A DNA stretch of 63,332 nt, counting the filler, from Octopus bimaculoides (taxonomy: Eukaryota): assembly GCF_001194135.2 (NCBI RefSeq). It is 4 parts of 3 records of this genome, joined end to end, with 100 filler letters (N's around TTAATTAATTAA, not from the genome) between each part and the next. Parts side by side here need not be neighbours in the genome. Positions count along the whole stretch, not along the records: positions 1 to 17,516 come from NC_069003.1; 3 more parts are not named here. One strand, given 5' to 3'. A model generated the notes under the pieces. The model was not told where the DNA came from. It was given only the letters and a program-made list of their open reading frames with translations, and did no database searches. The number at the start of each line of letters is the position of its first letter. Position 1 is the first letter of the stretch. Shown one piece after another: positions 1 through 12,090 of this stretch. Position numbers and translations under genes: made by a program.

Positions 1-589
1 AATGGTTTTTAAAAAAACTTAATAGCGTTCCGTTCATCATTATACACATCCATCACATTCTGTTAAAATGTCTTGTTGATGAGTTTGGTTTATTTCTTTC
101 TTTCCCGGATGAGATTAAATTGTTTTACACTATTTTATTCCTTTGGAATAATACCAATGTTGTCTTTGAAACATGTGTCAGAAGTAAAAGAATTTGAATA
201 ACACCTGCGTTTAACTCCATTTATTTATTTATATATATTATACAAAATATTTCACATCAACCCGGAGTTTCTACCTTTACAAACAGGGTGTTACGCCCTC
301 ATTACTTGTGTGATTTTTTCCTGCCCTGGTAACTGTTTATTCTTAACGTGTTAATTGTAAACAATGGAAAAATACACACATCTATTTATATGTATATATA
401 TAACCTCACTTAGGTTCTATGGCATATGTACACTTACTCATACAAACTTACATGAAGATATAAGCATGCACACACACACACACACATGCTCACACAGCAA
501 ATTAAACAGATGCTTTGTCTTTATGAAAAAGGTGAGGTTGCAGTTAATTCATGCATGCCTTAAAGTAAATTATGATTATCAATTTGCTT

Positions 590-3500
590 AAAGATTACTC
601 AAATTCATCGCCACTGCATTGTTGAAAGCTCATTTGTAAGCATCTTGACAGTCTTTCAGGAATCTTATTAATGATCTTATTGGTCCACAAAGTAGACAGG
701 GATTCTTCAGAGCTGAGTCTACATCTACTGGAATGGATATTATACAGTTGTTGCTGCTTTACTATGGACGAAGTTATATCATATTTAATTTTATCCTCCT
801 TAAATCACCACAAAATCAGTCAGTTGAATGCCTTTTGTTGACTTTCTTGAATGAATCAGCTGTTATCCCAATGTAAACATACAGTCCCCCACCCCCGTGT
901 GTACAGTACATTTATATACAAGATTCTTGCACGTAGAGAGGTTCATTAACAAGCATTTTGTTTTTTCTCTGCATGAGTATTTTTTAGATTTAGTTGCATT
1001 TGTAGCAGTGCTGACTTCATTTTCTGATGCTGTTACCATGTTGGCTCTATCACTGTTATTGCTTCTATCATGATGTGGCTGCAGTGGGTGTTTTTCATTC
1101 TGGTTAGTATTTCCTTTCTTGACATTTTAATGTATATGATTGTCTTTTCTATTTGTTGAGCCAGAAGTAGTTCGCTCGTCATAAGTCATAGTTCCAGTAG
1201 GTGGGTTATTCAACAGTTGGTTCATTTTACTATTATTAATGCAGTGCATATGGTGCTCTAAATTCATAGTTAACATATGATACTGTGTGTCTATTAAAAA
1301 TAGCATGGTATTTATTTGATTTGGGGAAACATCTGTCTAAAGCAGCCAAAAATATCATAACTGTCTTCATTGAAACATGTAAACCTTGGATTGGGTTGTA
1401 CCAGTGTACATCATGATTTTTATATTTGTTGGCTTATTTGTTCTGGTGTGTTGCACAGGGTTGAGACAATTTATTGTTACGAGCAGTAGTATGATTGTGT
1501 TGTGTGTCTGAGTTTTGGTTTGTAGTTTATTGCCTTGGTTAATTCTTTTTTGAGTGTTTGTTTACTGTAACATTGTGTTGATGTTTAATGTGTATTATTA
1601 GTGGAGGAATTGGCAGAGTTGTACAGGGTGTCCACAAAAATACTCCCTGATTTCAAACAGGTATAACATATAACTTTATTGTAATAATCTTTCACAATAA
1701 GTAGCTTCAGATGCAAGATTTCATTCAGATTCATGTGGTATAGGGTAGCATTAAAGGCACTCAATATGCGTCCCTCTGGTTGCTCAGCAAACATCAATGC
1801 AATAGTCCAGTCCAGTCCAGTCCAGATGCTCTGCAGCATATTTGGAGTTATGCGAACTGCTACAGTGATCGAAATTTTCACCTTTCCAAGGTTACAGGTA
1901 GCAGTGGTACCCCTAAAAAAAAAAAAAGTCACAAACAGATCCAGTGACCTCGCAGGCTGCTTGCAGAACACCTGATCATCTTGTCCAGCATGACCAATCC
2001 ATCTGTTTGGCAGCGATATGCCAGTGCGGTGGAGCACAATCTTGCTGGAAAAGGTAGTTATCACCCTCAGCAGTTAGTTGTGGAAACATCCAATTGGTCA
2101 GCATCTCCAGGTAACTTTGACCAGTAACAGCAGTTCCTCCTTCAAAGAAGAAAGGGACCATACACTGCCCTCTCTGATACGGTGCAAAACATTAAATTTT
2201 GGTGAATCTCACTCAATTTCCTGGGTAGTGTGCAGATTTTCAAGCCCCCATATCCACATGTTATGCCTATTGACTTTGCTGTTCAAGTAAAATGTCACCC
2301 CATCACTGAAAATGATTTTTGACAGCAGGTTATCATTATCCTCCATTAATTGCTGGATATTCTCACAAAATTCAAATCATGTTCCATTAACTTTCGGGTG
2401 GAGTTTTTGGATTAATTGCAGCTTAGGTGCTTATGTAGGATCTTACAAACTGTGCTTTTGGTGGGGTGTAACTCTTGGCTAGCTCTTCGTATTGACTCTT
2501 TGGCTCTGTGCATGAATTTTCTTGTAACTCGATCAATCATTTCCTCTGAGACTGATGGTCAGCCAGAATGTCCCTTTCTTTGATCACAGATACACCCTTT
2601 CTGACTAAAATCCTTGTACCATTGACTTTGGTATAAGTGGAGTCATGATACTTGAATCTGAAAGCACGTTGCCTGATACCAGCTGTGTTGCTGTGGGGTG
2701 GCGGCCATTTTTAGATTTCCTTGCACCCCTGTGGTTTTCAGGTCAAAGATGCCTTATCACCTGAAAAAAAAAAAAAAAAAGGAAATAATTGTTGTTAGAG
2801 AATCGATTCACAACATGTTTATCAATATATTTGAATTGGTTTAAATATAACACCGTGAAATCAGGGAGTGTTTTTGTGGACACCCTGTATATATCTCTGT
2901 CTTGTATATATTGAATTTTCTCTCAGTAACCAGCGCTATTGTAATAGGGTGCATATGATGCAAACATTTCTTTATTAGCAGATAACCTAGATATTATTGA
3001 GGGTGGATGCTACATTTATATACTTAATATGATCATTTGGTTTATGAAAGGGTTCATATAATCCAGTATCAAGACAGAAGGTAACACTACGGTAATTTTT
3101 CTCTGTAGTCATGTTGAGTCCTAAGTTCTTAAATAGTCTAAAGAATTGTCTCTTATGTCTTAGTAGTTGTATTTTTTGTCCAGGAAAAATAGAGCGTCAT
3201 CTCTTTATAGACATCCTGCGACTTCCGGAAAGGAAGACTGGATTAAAGAAAGGATATGTGACTTATGCAGAGTTGGATGATGCCATCGCAATATCAAAAG
3301 TATTCTCTAATCTACCATCAGAATCTACTAAAGTGGCTTGTACTGCAAGTATTATATCTATTTTGTGTTGGGACATATCTGAATTTTTTATACTATAAAT
3401 CAGAGTTTTATTGAGGATGATCAGGGTAACAGTGGCATAGTAACTATCTATGTCTAGTTGTAAGAATTTACTGGTTTTGTTAATTTCTAGATGCTTAAAC

Positions 3501-3830
3501 CATCCAATTACCTCTTGGGTATCCAATCAGAGGGCTAATTTAATTTTAGACTTAAGGGTGGGTAATACTCTATCAATGATCTTACTAAATAATCCCTATA
3601 TCTAATTTAGATGGACAAAATTATCTGAGGGGTCATTCAGAAAGTTAGGTTTATGGTCTTTAAGCATAACCCAGGGTTTTCTAGGTTTTCAGTTCTCTTA
3701 TCTCTATCTAAATCTCTGGCAATTTGTAATCTTCTACTGTCTATTCCTTTTAATGTCATTAGATATATTTGTAGGCATGTTTGTCTTTGCTTGACAACTG
3801 GGGTTGGTTTGTTTACATCCCCCACAAAAG
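590..3830 (-). mobile_element. Degenerate Penelope-like retroelement (RT plus GIY-YIG endonuclease), interrupted by a DNA transposon at 1624-2887
   Basis: Minus-strand remnants in the expected order: DTQEVIGWFK..SKFLQLDIDSYY..TFDIAMAS (3263-3526, PLE RT); CLYRDDA catalytic motif (about 3190-3215); HWYNP..FLAALDRCFPKSNKYHAIFNRHTV (about 1290-1410); LVYKCTV/YIGIT/SFKK GIY-YIG-like segments (about 840-930). Many stops and frameshifts. Ends are approximate. Confidence 0.8.
1624..2887 (-). mobile_element. Tc1/mariner-superfamily DNA transposon, rosa/DD41D-like, defective transposase
   Basis: 32-bp TIRs (1624-1655 cagggtgtccacaaaaatactccctgatttca and 2856-2887, one mismatch) with TA on both sides. 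Frameshifted transposase fragments IIFSDGVTF, PFFFEG..VTGQSYLEML, FQQDCAPPHWH, LPNRWIGHAG..PARSLDL. The WIGR..PxRSPDL signature is typical of DD41D elements. Confidence 0.9.
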
Positions 3831-4239
3831 AGACTGATCGAATAAGTACTAGAGTTGATTTGTTTGACTAAACCCTTCAAGGTAGTGCCCCAGCATGGCT
3901 GCAGTCCAGTGACTGGAACAAAAGATAAAAAGAAATACTTCTACTGATACAGTAGAAAGACATGTATTATTTAGTTATAAAAATATATATTGGGTCAGTC
4001 CTAAATATTGCTTTCATATCTCCACCCCCAAATCTAACAGGAAATGTCGAATAAAAAAAAAAAAAAGAATTCCTCACATGGTTTGTCAAAAGAAACCCTT
4101 CAAGGCAGTGCTTCAGCATGACTGAAACAAGTAAAAGATAGTTAAAAAGAAATGAGTTAAATAACATTTTTGAGTAGAAAAATTGATTTCCTAATATTTT
4201 TTTCCTTCTGTAAATTTAATTTTCTCTTGTCTTTTCCAG

Positions 4240-5192
4240 CATTCTGTGTCAAATTGCTAATTTTCTTCATCGTTTTCTTCCTTGGAGTGATTATATTCCA
4301 TTACCTGGATATCCTTGGTGTTATCTATACCATCAACTACTTAGTGCACAGGCAACAAGATGACACTAAAGTACTGTGCCCAAAATTTGTTGGTGGCCTC
4401 GGTAACCAAATGTTTCAGTATGCATCTCTTTATGGAATAGCAAAGAGTAAAAACATGACACTACTGATTGATGCCGAGTGTGAACTCAACCAGTTGTTTA
4501 GCATATCAGCAGTGACACTGCCTCACGTTGCATGTTGGTTCTTAAAAACACGCACTGATTACAGACCCTGTGCCTTCAACAAAGACACCATGAATTTTTC
4601 TGCTGACCAGAACTACCAGATGCAAGGTTACTTACAATCTTGGCAATATTTCCATCGTGCTGAGCCAGCTCTGCGCCAGATCTTCAAGTTTAAAGCTGCA
4701 ATCAGAGAAAAAGCAGAAAGCATTTTAAAACAAGCTATTGAGGTTCACCAGAAGCAAGTCAGAAATCAAGCTCTTACTTTCATAGCAATCCACATCCGTC
4801 GAGGTGACATAACAAAAGACAATTTCAAGACCTACGGCTATAATACAGCTTCACTGGATTATATCCGTAGAGCGATGCAGTACTTTAGTGAACGTTATCA
4901 CAGAATCCTCTTCTTAGTTTGCACCAATGACATGGAGTGGGCTAAGAGGTACTTGCATAAAAAGAACGTTTACTTTGTCGAGAACCAGCCACGAGAAGTG
5001 GACATGGCATTGATGGCTAGCTGCAACCACACCATCATGACGGTTGGCAGCTTTGGTTGGTGGTCAGCATGGTTAGCCAATGGAGAAGTAGTTTATTACA
5101 GATACCCAGCTTCTCGGGGATCAAAACTGCGCAAGGCCTTCAGCAAAGAAATGACTGATTATTATTACCCCAAATGGAAACCAATGTTGTGA
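4240..5192 (+). CDS. Alpha-1,2-fucosyltransferase (CAZy GT11, FUT1/FUT2-like), terminal coding exon with TM anchor and whole catalytic domain; start exon not located
   Basis: Uninterrupted frame with the GT11 motifs GGLGNQMFQYASLYGIA, GYLQSWQYF, AIHIRRGD (HxRxxD GDP-fucose binding), VCTNDMEWAK and DMALMASCNHTIMTVGSFGWWSAWLA. Hydrophobic N-terminal segment fits a type II membrane protein. No in-frame ATG upstream (ATG at 4152 is followed by a stop at 4158-4160; the track uses TTG 4170). Strong acceptor tttctcttgtcttttccag ends at 4239 (phase 1). TGA at 5190-5192. Confidence 0.93.
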
Positions 5193-6657
5193 ACCCCAGT
5201 GCACACTCACATTGGACAAGACTTTCCAGTCTTTTTACAAATGTTATTTTTACCAATGTATTGCTCATATTTTCTCCACAGCACAACTCTATCCAATAGA
5301 TTATAACTGGCAAATTGAACATAATTATTATTAAGGCAGTGAGTTGGCAGAATTCTTAGCACAAATTCTAAGTGGCATTTCATTAATCCTTACGTTCTGA
5401 GTTCATATTCTGCCAAGATCGACTTTGCCTTTCATCCTTTCAGGGTCAATAAAACAAGTAACGTAAAGACGAATACCACAAAGCATTGTGCTAACGATTC
5501 TGCCAGCTTGCTGCATAATAATAATAATAATTATAATAAACAAATTTGCCAAAAGTTTCTAAAAATGAAAGTTATGAGGTCATGGGGTGGTTAAACCAGA
5601 ATTCTGCCATCACATTTCCCCCCACAAACTTTTAAACAGGTGCTATAAGGTTAACTATCGCTCTCCTGTGAAGCATGACAATCATCACTTCACAGATACT
5701 TTTCCTATTACTGAGGGCATTCATTACAGAAACATCCCATGCAACACATTGTGTAACTTCATCACTGTTGAAACAAGATAATCACTGGGTCAGCATGAAT
5801 CTGGCTCATATATATATATTACCATGTTGCTGTGGACAAGAATGATTGACACCACATCACATGGCAATCATAAAATCCAATAAAAAGATTGTTACAAAAA
5901 GTTTACGTTTATTTTTATTTAGCTCCAGGTCGGCTATGATCCAGTTGATCTCGGATCAATCATTCCACTTATGCTGACATAGATTTTTTTTTATTGCAGA
6001 TGCAGTGAGACATTATCCAATTGCCCTTTCCCTTCTTTTTAAAGCCAGGTGGGATTTAGTCGCTATTTCTAACCTTGTTTTTTCCAGTTGTTTCATGTCT
6101 AAGACCATATTACATAATCTGCTTGTTTTTAAGATACTATGATGTGATTTTGCTATTTCCAGCATAGAATATTTTCAAGGGAGATAATTCATTCAGCAAT
6201 TTAATTCCAAAATATGGTTATCATGATGACCACAATTTGATTGTAGTCATTACTCAAAGCAAACCTGGGGTTAATCAAACATATATTGAAACAGATATGT
6301 ACTCAGATACAGAGGTAGAAAGGTTGACTCTACATTATCACCCTAGTTACTGGAAATAGCAGCCAAATCTCAACCTGTTAGCATTCAGATTACTTCATGA
6401 AATGCAACATTCAGTTTTCAGTTAATCATGCATCATCTCATAGCTTTGAGATTTTAATGGCATAATTGTTTATTTTTAGAATGACATTGTAGAATATTTG
6501 AGCCTGATACAGCTGGTTTAATTCATAAAGTAGTTCCCAACTTTTTCATAAACAAGAATTCCTTGGATCCCAGGCTTTTTGAAAGGCCTCTACTACATAA
6601 GCTTATTGACAAGTCGTGCTTTTGAATTAGAGGTACAATGCATTTGATGGCCTACAC

Positions 6658-6913
6658 CATGGGTTCTCAACCAATCCATATTGACGGATCTCTTTGATGT
6701 TAAAAATAGTTTTCTAGAAACTTTTTTTCAAAATTCCTATTTTGCTTTACACACATTGACTTGTGTAAGTTGAACTGTGTAAAATATTATAGAAAGAAAC
6801 TGAGCTGTTCCTTGCAACACATCTAAAGCCAAACTTTTTCAGGGGGCCTCAAAATACTATTGTGGATGCCCAGTTTACTATTTCATTATGTGGACCCTAG
6901 TTGAGAACCACTG
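6658..6913. mobile_element. hAT-type MITE
   Basis: TIRs catgggttctcaacc / agttgagaaccactg; 8-bp flanks gcctacac / gcctatac (7 of 8 match). Confidence 0.7.
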
Positions 6914-7134
6914 GCCTATACAGTTCCTGTTGAATCAATTTCACACACAGGGCTCGACTCAACCGAAGGGTATACAAAATGACATTTGCACAAGATGTCA
7001 CACAGGAGGATTGAACTTGGAATTTTGTGGATGCAGTAGGACAAACATTTAGCCACACTGAGCTTCCTTATCTCTCTCCCTCTTTATATATAAACCAAAG
7101 TCTTAATAAGTAGAACCTTCCCTCATTGGACACT

Positions 7135-7600
7135 AAACTCAGCTTGCAAAGACCTGTTGGGGCGAGATCGAAACTGAACCAAATTCAATGACTGGCACCT
7201 GTGCCAGTGGAGCGTTAACTGCACCATCAGAGCAGCGGTCTCATTTCCGTGCCAGTGGTACGTAAAAAGCACCATTTGAGCACGATCGTTTCCAGCTTTG
7301 TCTTACTGGCACTTGTGCCGGTGGCGTGTGAACAAAACATTGGACTGACTCCTGTGCAGGTGGCACGTAAAAAACACTATTTGAGCATGGCCGTTGCCAG
7401 TACCGCCTGACTGGCCCTTGTGCCGGTAGCACATAAAAAGCACCCGCTACACTCTGGGAGTGGTTAGTGTTAGGAAGGGCATCCAGCTGTAGAAACTCTG
7501 CCTGATCAGATTGGAGCTTGGTGCAGACATCTGGTTTGTCAGTCCTCAGTCAAATCGTCCAACCCATGCTAGCATGGTAAGCAGACGTTAAATGATGATA
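7135..7600 (+). mobile_element. 5'-truncated RTE LINE 3' UTR copy ending in a (GAT)n tail
   Basis: Same sequence that follows the RTE ORF end at 56242-56400. Ends gacgttaaatgatgat. Many related copies elsewhere in the window. Confidence 0.7.
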
Positions 7601-8363
7601 TATATATATACATACACACACACTAGGCACTGCAAACAGGTGCAGGCATAGCTGTGTGGGTAACAAGATTGCTTCTCAACCATGTGGTCTCCTTTTCAAT
7701 TCCATAGAACACCTTGGGCAAGTGTCTTCTATTATAGCCATGGGCCAACTAAACCTTGTGAGTGGATATGGTAGATGAAAACTATGTAAAAGCCCATATC
7801 CTATGTATGTGGGTCTGTAGCCCATCCCCCTTCACAACCAGTACACTAACAAAAGGGTTACAATGACCTAAATTAAAACCTTACATCAAGGAGTTCTGAA
7901 CATGAACTTAATGACAAAATTATTTTTTTTAAATTCTTCAGTATTTTCCAAACTAATTGAAACAAAGGCAGAGTATTTCAAAAGAAATGTGGCAACAAAA
8001 AAGGATTGAAGAAAAAATTTATTTTACAACCAGGAGAAAAAAAGAAAGGAACTTGAAGCTGTAACTGTGGTCCTACAACAAAGATTGAAAAGTCAGTTCA
8101 TGCCCAGTTGGTGGTGATTGTAATAAACCAGTGAGTGCACAGGTCCACAACCATTTGGTGGGGAGGAGGTGATGATACGGCAGCAACAAACTCAGGATAC
8201 AAGTAAATACCATGACCACTTAGGTCTTCATGTAGAGAACGGTGGTGGCAGTAGTAGTATATACATGCTACAAAGACAGATTCTGTATTCAGTTGGTAGA
8301 AGCATTTGCAGCAACCCCATGTGCTGCAGAAATGGTCCAAAACACCTAGCTCCAACGTAGCAG

Positions 8364-8369
8364 TTTATT
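8364..8369 (-). promoter_or_regulatory. Candidate polyadenylation signal (AATAAA) for the ESCO-like gene
   Basis: tttatt on the plus strand, 8 nt beyond the ESCO stop codon. Motif only; more distal sites are possible. Confidence 0.3.
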
Positions 8370-8376
8370 GTTGATT

Positions 8377-8512
8377 TTAATTAGTTTTGCATTTATAGAC
8401 AAGGAATGACATTGATCCTGTATATTTGGTGGCTAACAACATCCCCTCAGGAGTTGGATCAGAGAAAGCCAGCTGGTTTCTTGGCACAGGCACGCCATAT
8501 TGGAACCAGTGT
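8377..8512 (-). CDS. ESCO1/2: Eco1/ESCO cohesin acetyltransferase, last coding exon
   Basis: Acceptor ttttcttttttatttcag, phase 2. Encodes (R)HWFQYGVPVPRNQLAFSDPTPEGMLLATKYTGSMSFLVYKCKTN-stop, containing the diagnostic ESCO C-terminal motif AFSDPTPxG..ATKY..FLVY. Confidence 0.95.
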
Positions 8513-8912
8513 CTGAAATAAAAAAGAAAACAATTCAATGAGTATCTTGAGGCTGTATTCATGAGTGATGGAAAGTCAGAGGCTGAATTAGATGTTAGAG
8601 TTGCAGGTTCTGACACAATATGCACCAGCTTGCAATCTTCAGTTCAGTTTTCAAGACCTAGAGTCATTAAATATTGGGGAATGACCAACAGAGTATGACT
8701 ATGCAAACAAGTGCATGAAATGGGATTTCTCTGAAGTATCTCAGGAGAAATGTTACTTGACAGGGTGTATAACTCAGAATTGTTGTTTTTGAGTCAAGAT
8801 GGGAATTTAAGGAAGATCTGGAGTCCGTTTAACTGCTTGGTTACACATTTTTAGAAAAGTAGATATTTTTTCTAATTCCTAATAATAATTAGTAATTATT
8901 TATTAATCAATA

Positions 8913-9065
8913 AAGGCAGTGAGTTGGCAGGCTCATTAGCATGTCGAACGAAATGTTTAGTGCTATTTCTGGCTCTTTAGGTTCTGAGTTCAAGTTCTGT
9001 TGAGGTTGACCTTTCATCCGTTTTGGGGTCAGTTAAGTACTAGTTGGGCACTGGGACTTGATCTC
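8913..9065 (+). mobile_element. tRNA-derived SINE family A, CpG-decayed copy; further copies at about 5333-5470 and 9985-10700
   Basis: aaggcagtgagttggcag..gagttcaagtt..tttcatcc..ggggtc..aagtac matches the intact copy at 20914-21125, with CpG to TpG/CpA changes. Confidence 0.75.
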
Positions 9066-9119
9066 TCCAGATCAAGCCACTACTACTCATTCAGGTCAGT
9101 TTCGGTAACACAGACATAT

Positions 9120-9320
9120 GATTAGAATGTTGCATGAAATGATCACAAGATAGATTCTTCAAGCTGAGCCAACCAACAGGAGACCTAGGGAGAGATCAAG
9201 AACAAGATGGTTGAATTATACCATCCACAGTTTCAGTTGGTCATGCTTGGGAATCCAGCTGGATGGTTGCTTCTGACAGAACCCCATGGGGAAGGTCCTT
9301 AGGACTACCTCCAGGAATAG
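9120..9320 (+). mobile_element. Degenerate RTE-type LINE 3' end; homologous copy at about 16040-16250
   Basis: The two segments share aacaagatggttg..agttggtcatgcttgggaatcca..atggttgcttctga and resemble the RGRP-x-RW terminal region of RTE ORFs. Confidence 0.55.
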
Positions 9321-9529
9321 AATGCAGAGAAGTATGACTGGAAACAATTCTTTCTATAGGCATAAGACCTAAAATTTTAGTGTCTTTACACCTTTTACAG
9401 AAAGAATACTTCTCCACAACAAACTGCAGTGAATAGCCTTCTTACAGGTTCAAATATTCCCCCAAACATTTGAACTGGTTCCAAGTTTAATATAAGGTTG
9501 CAACTGTTACATAATAAATTACGTTGATG

Positions 9530-9905
9530 GAGGACATAAGAAGCATCAGATGTGGCATGCAAGAGAGAGGACTGCATTGGTATGGTCATGTGATGTGTAT
9601 GGACAAGGACAGCCAATCTCTAACTGTGGAGGGGGTAGACCCAAGGAGACATGGGACAAGGTGGTGAAGCATGATCTTTGAATGTTGGGCCTCAAGGAGG
9701 CAATGACAAGTGACAGAGACCTTTGACGATATGCCACGTTTGAGAAGACCTGTGAAATTGTAGTCATGGCAAAAGTCACCCATTACACTCTTGGAGTGGT
9801 TGGCATTAGGAAGCCAAATCAGATTGGAACCTGGTACAGTTTACCAGCTTCAGTCAAGCCATCTAACACATACCAGCATGGAAAGTAGACATTAAATGAT
9901 GATGA
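9530..9905 (+). mobile_element. RTE LINE 3' ORF fragment plus shortened 3' UTR
   Basis: Translates to GLHWYGHVM..GRPKETWDKVVKHDL..AMTSDRDL, followed by the family 3' end and a (GAT)n tail. Confidence 0.75.
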
Positions 9906-10769
9906 GGGGAAAGGAGAGATGATACATGAAAATAGTGAAAGAACACAGGTTATTGCAATGGACTGACCCCCCCCCCCAAATTTTAGTCTTTGTGCCTATA
10001 AGGTAGCAAGCAGGCAGAATTATTTGTGCGTGTCAAGCAAAATGCTTAACAGCATTTTGACCAAGTTCAACTTTGCCTTTTGTCCTTTCAGGCTCGATAA
10101 AATAAAGCCCCAGAGAAGTACTGGGGGTTGATGTAATTGACTCACCCACTAAAATTGTTGGCCTTGTATCAAAATTAGAAAGAACAATTAAGATGGCAGG
10201 CTGGCAAAATTGCTTGCACAGTAGATTTACATTATCTTTTCATACCTTTGGGATTGCTAACATTAGTAAGGCAGAGAGCAGGCAGAAATGTTAGCTTGCC
10301 AAACAAAAGTCATTGCAGCATTTTGTCCTCCTTTATGTTCAGAATTTAAATTCTGCCAAGGATGACTTTGCTTTTCATAGTTTCAAGGTCAATGAAATAA
10401 GTACCATTTGAGTACCAGGGGTCATTCTAATCAACTAGCCCCCTCCCCTAAGGCCTGTAGTAAAAAAGATTATTATTATACAAAAGCTGACATAATTGTT
10501 AACATGCCAGGCAAAATGCTTCATGGCATTTTGTCCATCTCTATGTTCTGAGTTCAAATTTTGCTAAAATCGACTTTGCCTTTCATCTTTTTGGGGTCAA
10601 TAAAATAAGTACCAGTTGAGCACTAGGGTTGATTTAATAAACCTATCCCTTCCCCCAAAATTGCTGGCCTTGTGCCAAAACTCGAAAGCATTATTATAAT
10701 ACAAGCCTTGCCATGCATGAGTCCTTGTTTTTTCAACCACAAACAAATATTATTTCAATTGTGATTAGC

Positions 10770-11880
10770 ACTTTAGCATTCAGATTTTTCAGTCAAATGT
10801 AATACTCTGTTTCAAATTAATCACACATTATCTTGTAGCTTAGAGATTTTGATCATGTGAATGTTTATATTTAGAATGACATTGTAGGATAGGTATGAGA
10901 ATGCAGACTTGGCTCGTTGAGCATAATTCAAGAATATTTGGGCTGGATATGGCTGGTTTGGGATTCTGCAGTTGTGGTCCAGCATTTAACATAATGATTC
11001 TTGTAAGTTTATCCCTCTAGCATTCAGATTAATGCATCAACTGTAATGCTTATTTTTTCACATTGTTTTGAATTATCATGCATTATGTCATAGCTTTGAG
11101 ATTTTGATGTGACTTTGGTTTTAGGATATTATAGGGTAGGTGTGTGAAGCAGAATCTGGTTTGAATATGCTCAGAATTGTTGAAGCATAGAATAAAATAA
11201 CTCCATCAGTTGTTAGCTCTCAAGACATGACATTCTGCAAAACCTCGAGAAATTTGCCAACAGTACAACCGATGCCCCACACCCTTTTATTTTTTATAAA
11301 TCAGGTAGAATATTTGGGCTGGTTATGGCTGATTCAAATTTTGTTAAAGCTTTGATCAATAACTAATATCCCCAATACAATCAGTTTGTTGAGGAGGATG
11401 TGTACAAACAGTGAAATAGTTCAGACATGAGGTCTGTGGCTCAATCACACTGCTTGGCAACTTGAGCTAGTCACCTTCTGTCATAACCTCATGTCAGCTT
11501 GAACTTAGCGAAATTCGGTAAACAGGAAATGCTTATTTATTCACATTGTCTCAAATTAATCAGGAATTATCTCAAAGCTTTGAGATTTTGATGACATAAT
11601 TATTTTTAGAATGACATTGCAGGGTAGGTGAGAGAGGCCAGATCTGACTGGTTTGAACATACAACAGGTAGAATATTTGGGCCAGATATAGCTGGTTTAA
11701 ATGCTAAAGGACTAAAGAGACGTTGCAATATGTAAAGAATCTTTCCCTACAAAGATTTGTAGAAGACCTATCCATCTACAGTAAGTAACAGATTTTGATG
11801 TGATTGCTTATTTTTAGTATGACATTGCAAGGTAAGTGTGAGAGGCCAGATCTGGCTAGTTTAAACAAGAATATTCTATC
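10770..11880 (+). mobile_element. Cluster of piggyBac-type MITE copies and fragments in the last ESCO intron
   Basis: Repeated tagcattcagatt..atcatgcatt..agctttgagattttgatg..ttttagaatgacattgtagg..gaatatttgggc..aatgctaaaggg, matching the TTAA-flanked copy at 50762-50981. Another copy at about 6375-6530. Confidence 0.75.
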
Positions 11881-11911
11881 TCCACCTTTTGGTTATGTCT
11901 CCATTACTCAC

Positions 11912-12090
11912 CGTACACAGTCAAGCAGTTTACTAGCAATACCAGTCCGTCGGCTTGGACCATACACCCAGATTTTACTGATTCCAATGGGACAGGCTTC
12001 TGGCTCAGTGCGGCAGCAACAGGGTCGACGCCCCTGCTTCATCTGGGTTTGACTCTGCTCGTTGGGACTATTTGGTACAACTCGGAAACC
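11912..12090 (-). CDS. ESCO1/2: Eco1/ESCO acetyltransferase, penultimate coding exon
   Basis: Acceptor ttttttctttctgttgccag, donor CG/gtgagt, 179 nt, phase 0 to 2. Encodes GFRVVPNSPNEQSQTQMKQGRRPCCCRTEPEACPIGISKIWVYGPSRRTGIASKLLDCV(R), matching the ESCO GISRIWV..RRxxIA GNAT motif. Confidence 0.95.

Noticed and set aside
101-185. Possible hammerhead remnant (cggatgag..gaaacatgtgtc)
   Set aside because: The core is mutated and neither stem I nor stem II can be paired convincingly.
660-875. Open plus-strand frame after a tttcag acceptor-like site, considered as an upstream FUT exon
   Set aside because: It is the antisense of the Penelope GIY-YIG region and has no suitable donor or phase.
4170-4239. 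N-terminal 23 codons of the 340-aa ORF as given in the track
   Set aside because: They start at TTG and consist of a polypyrimidine tract and acceptor; more likely intron.
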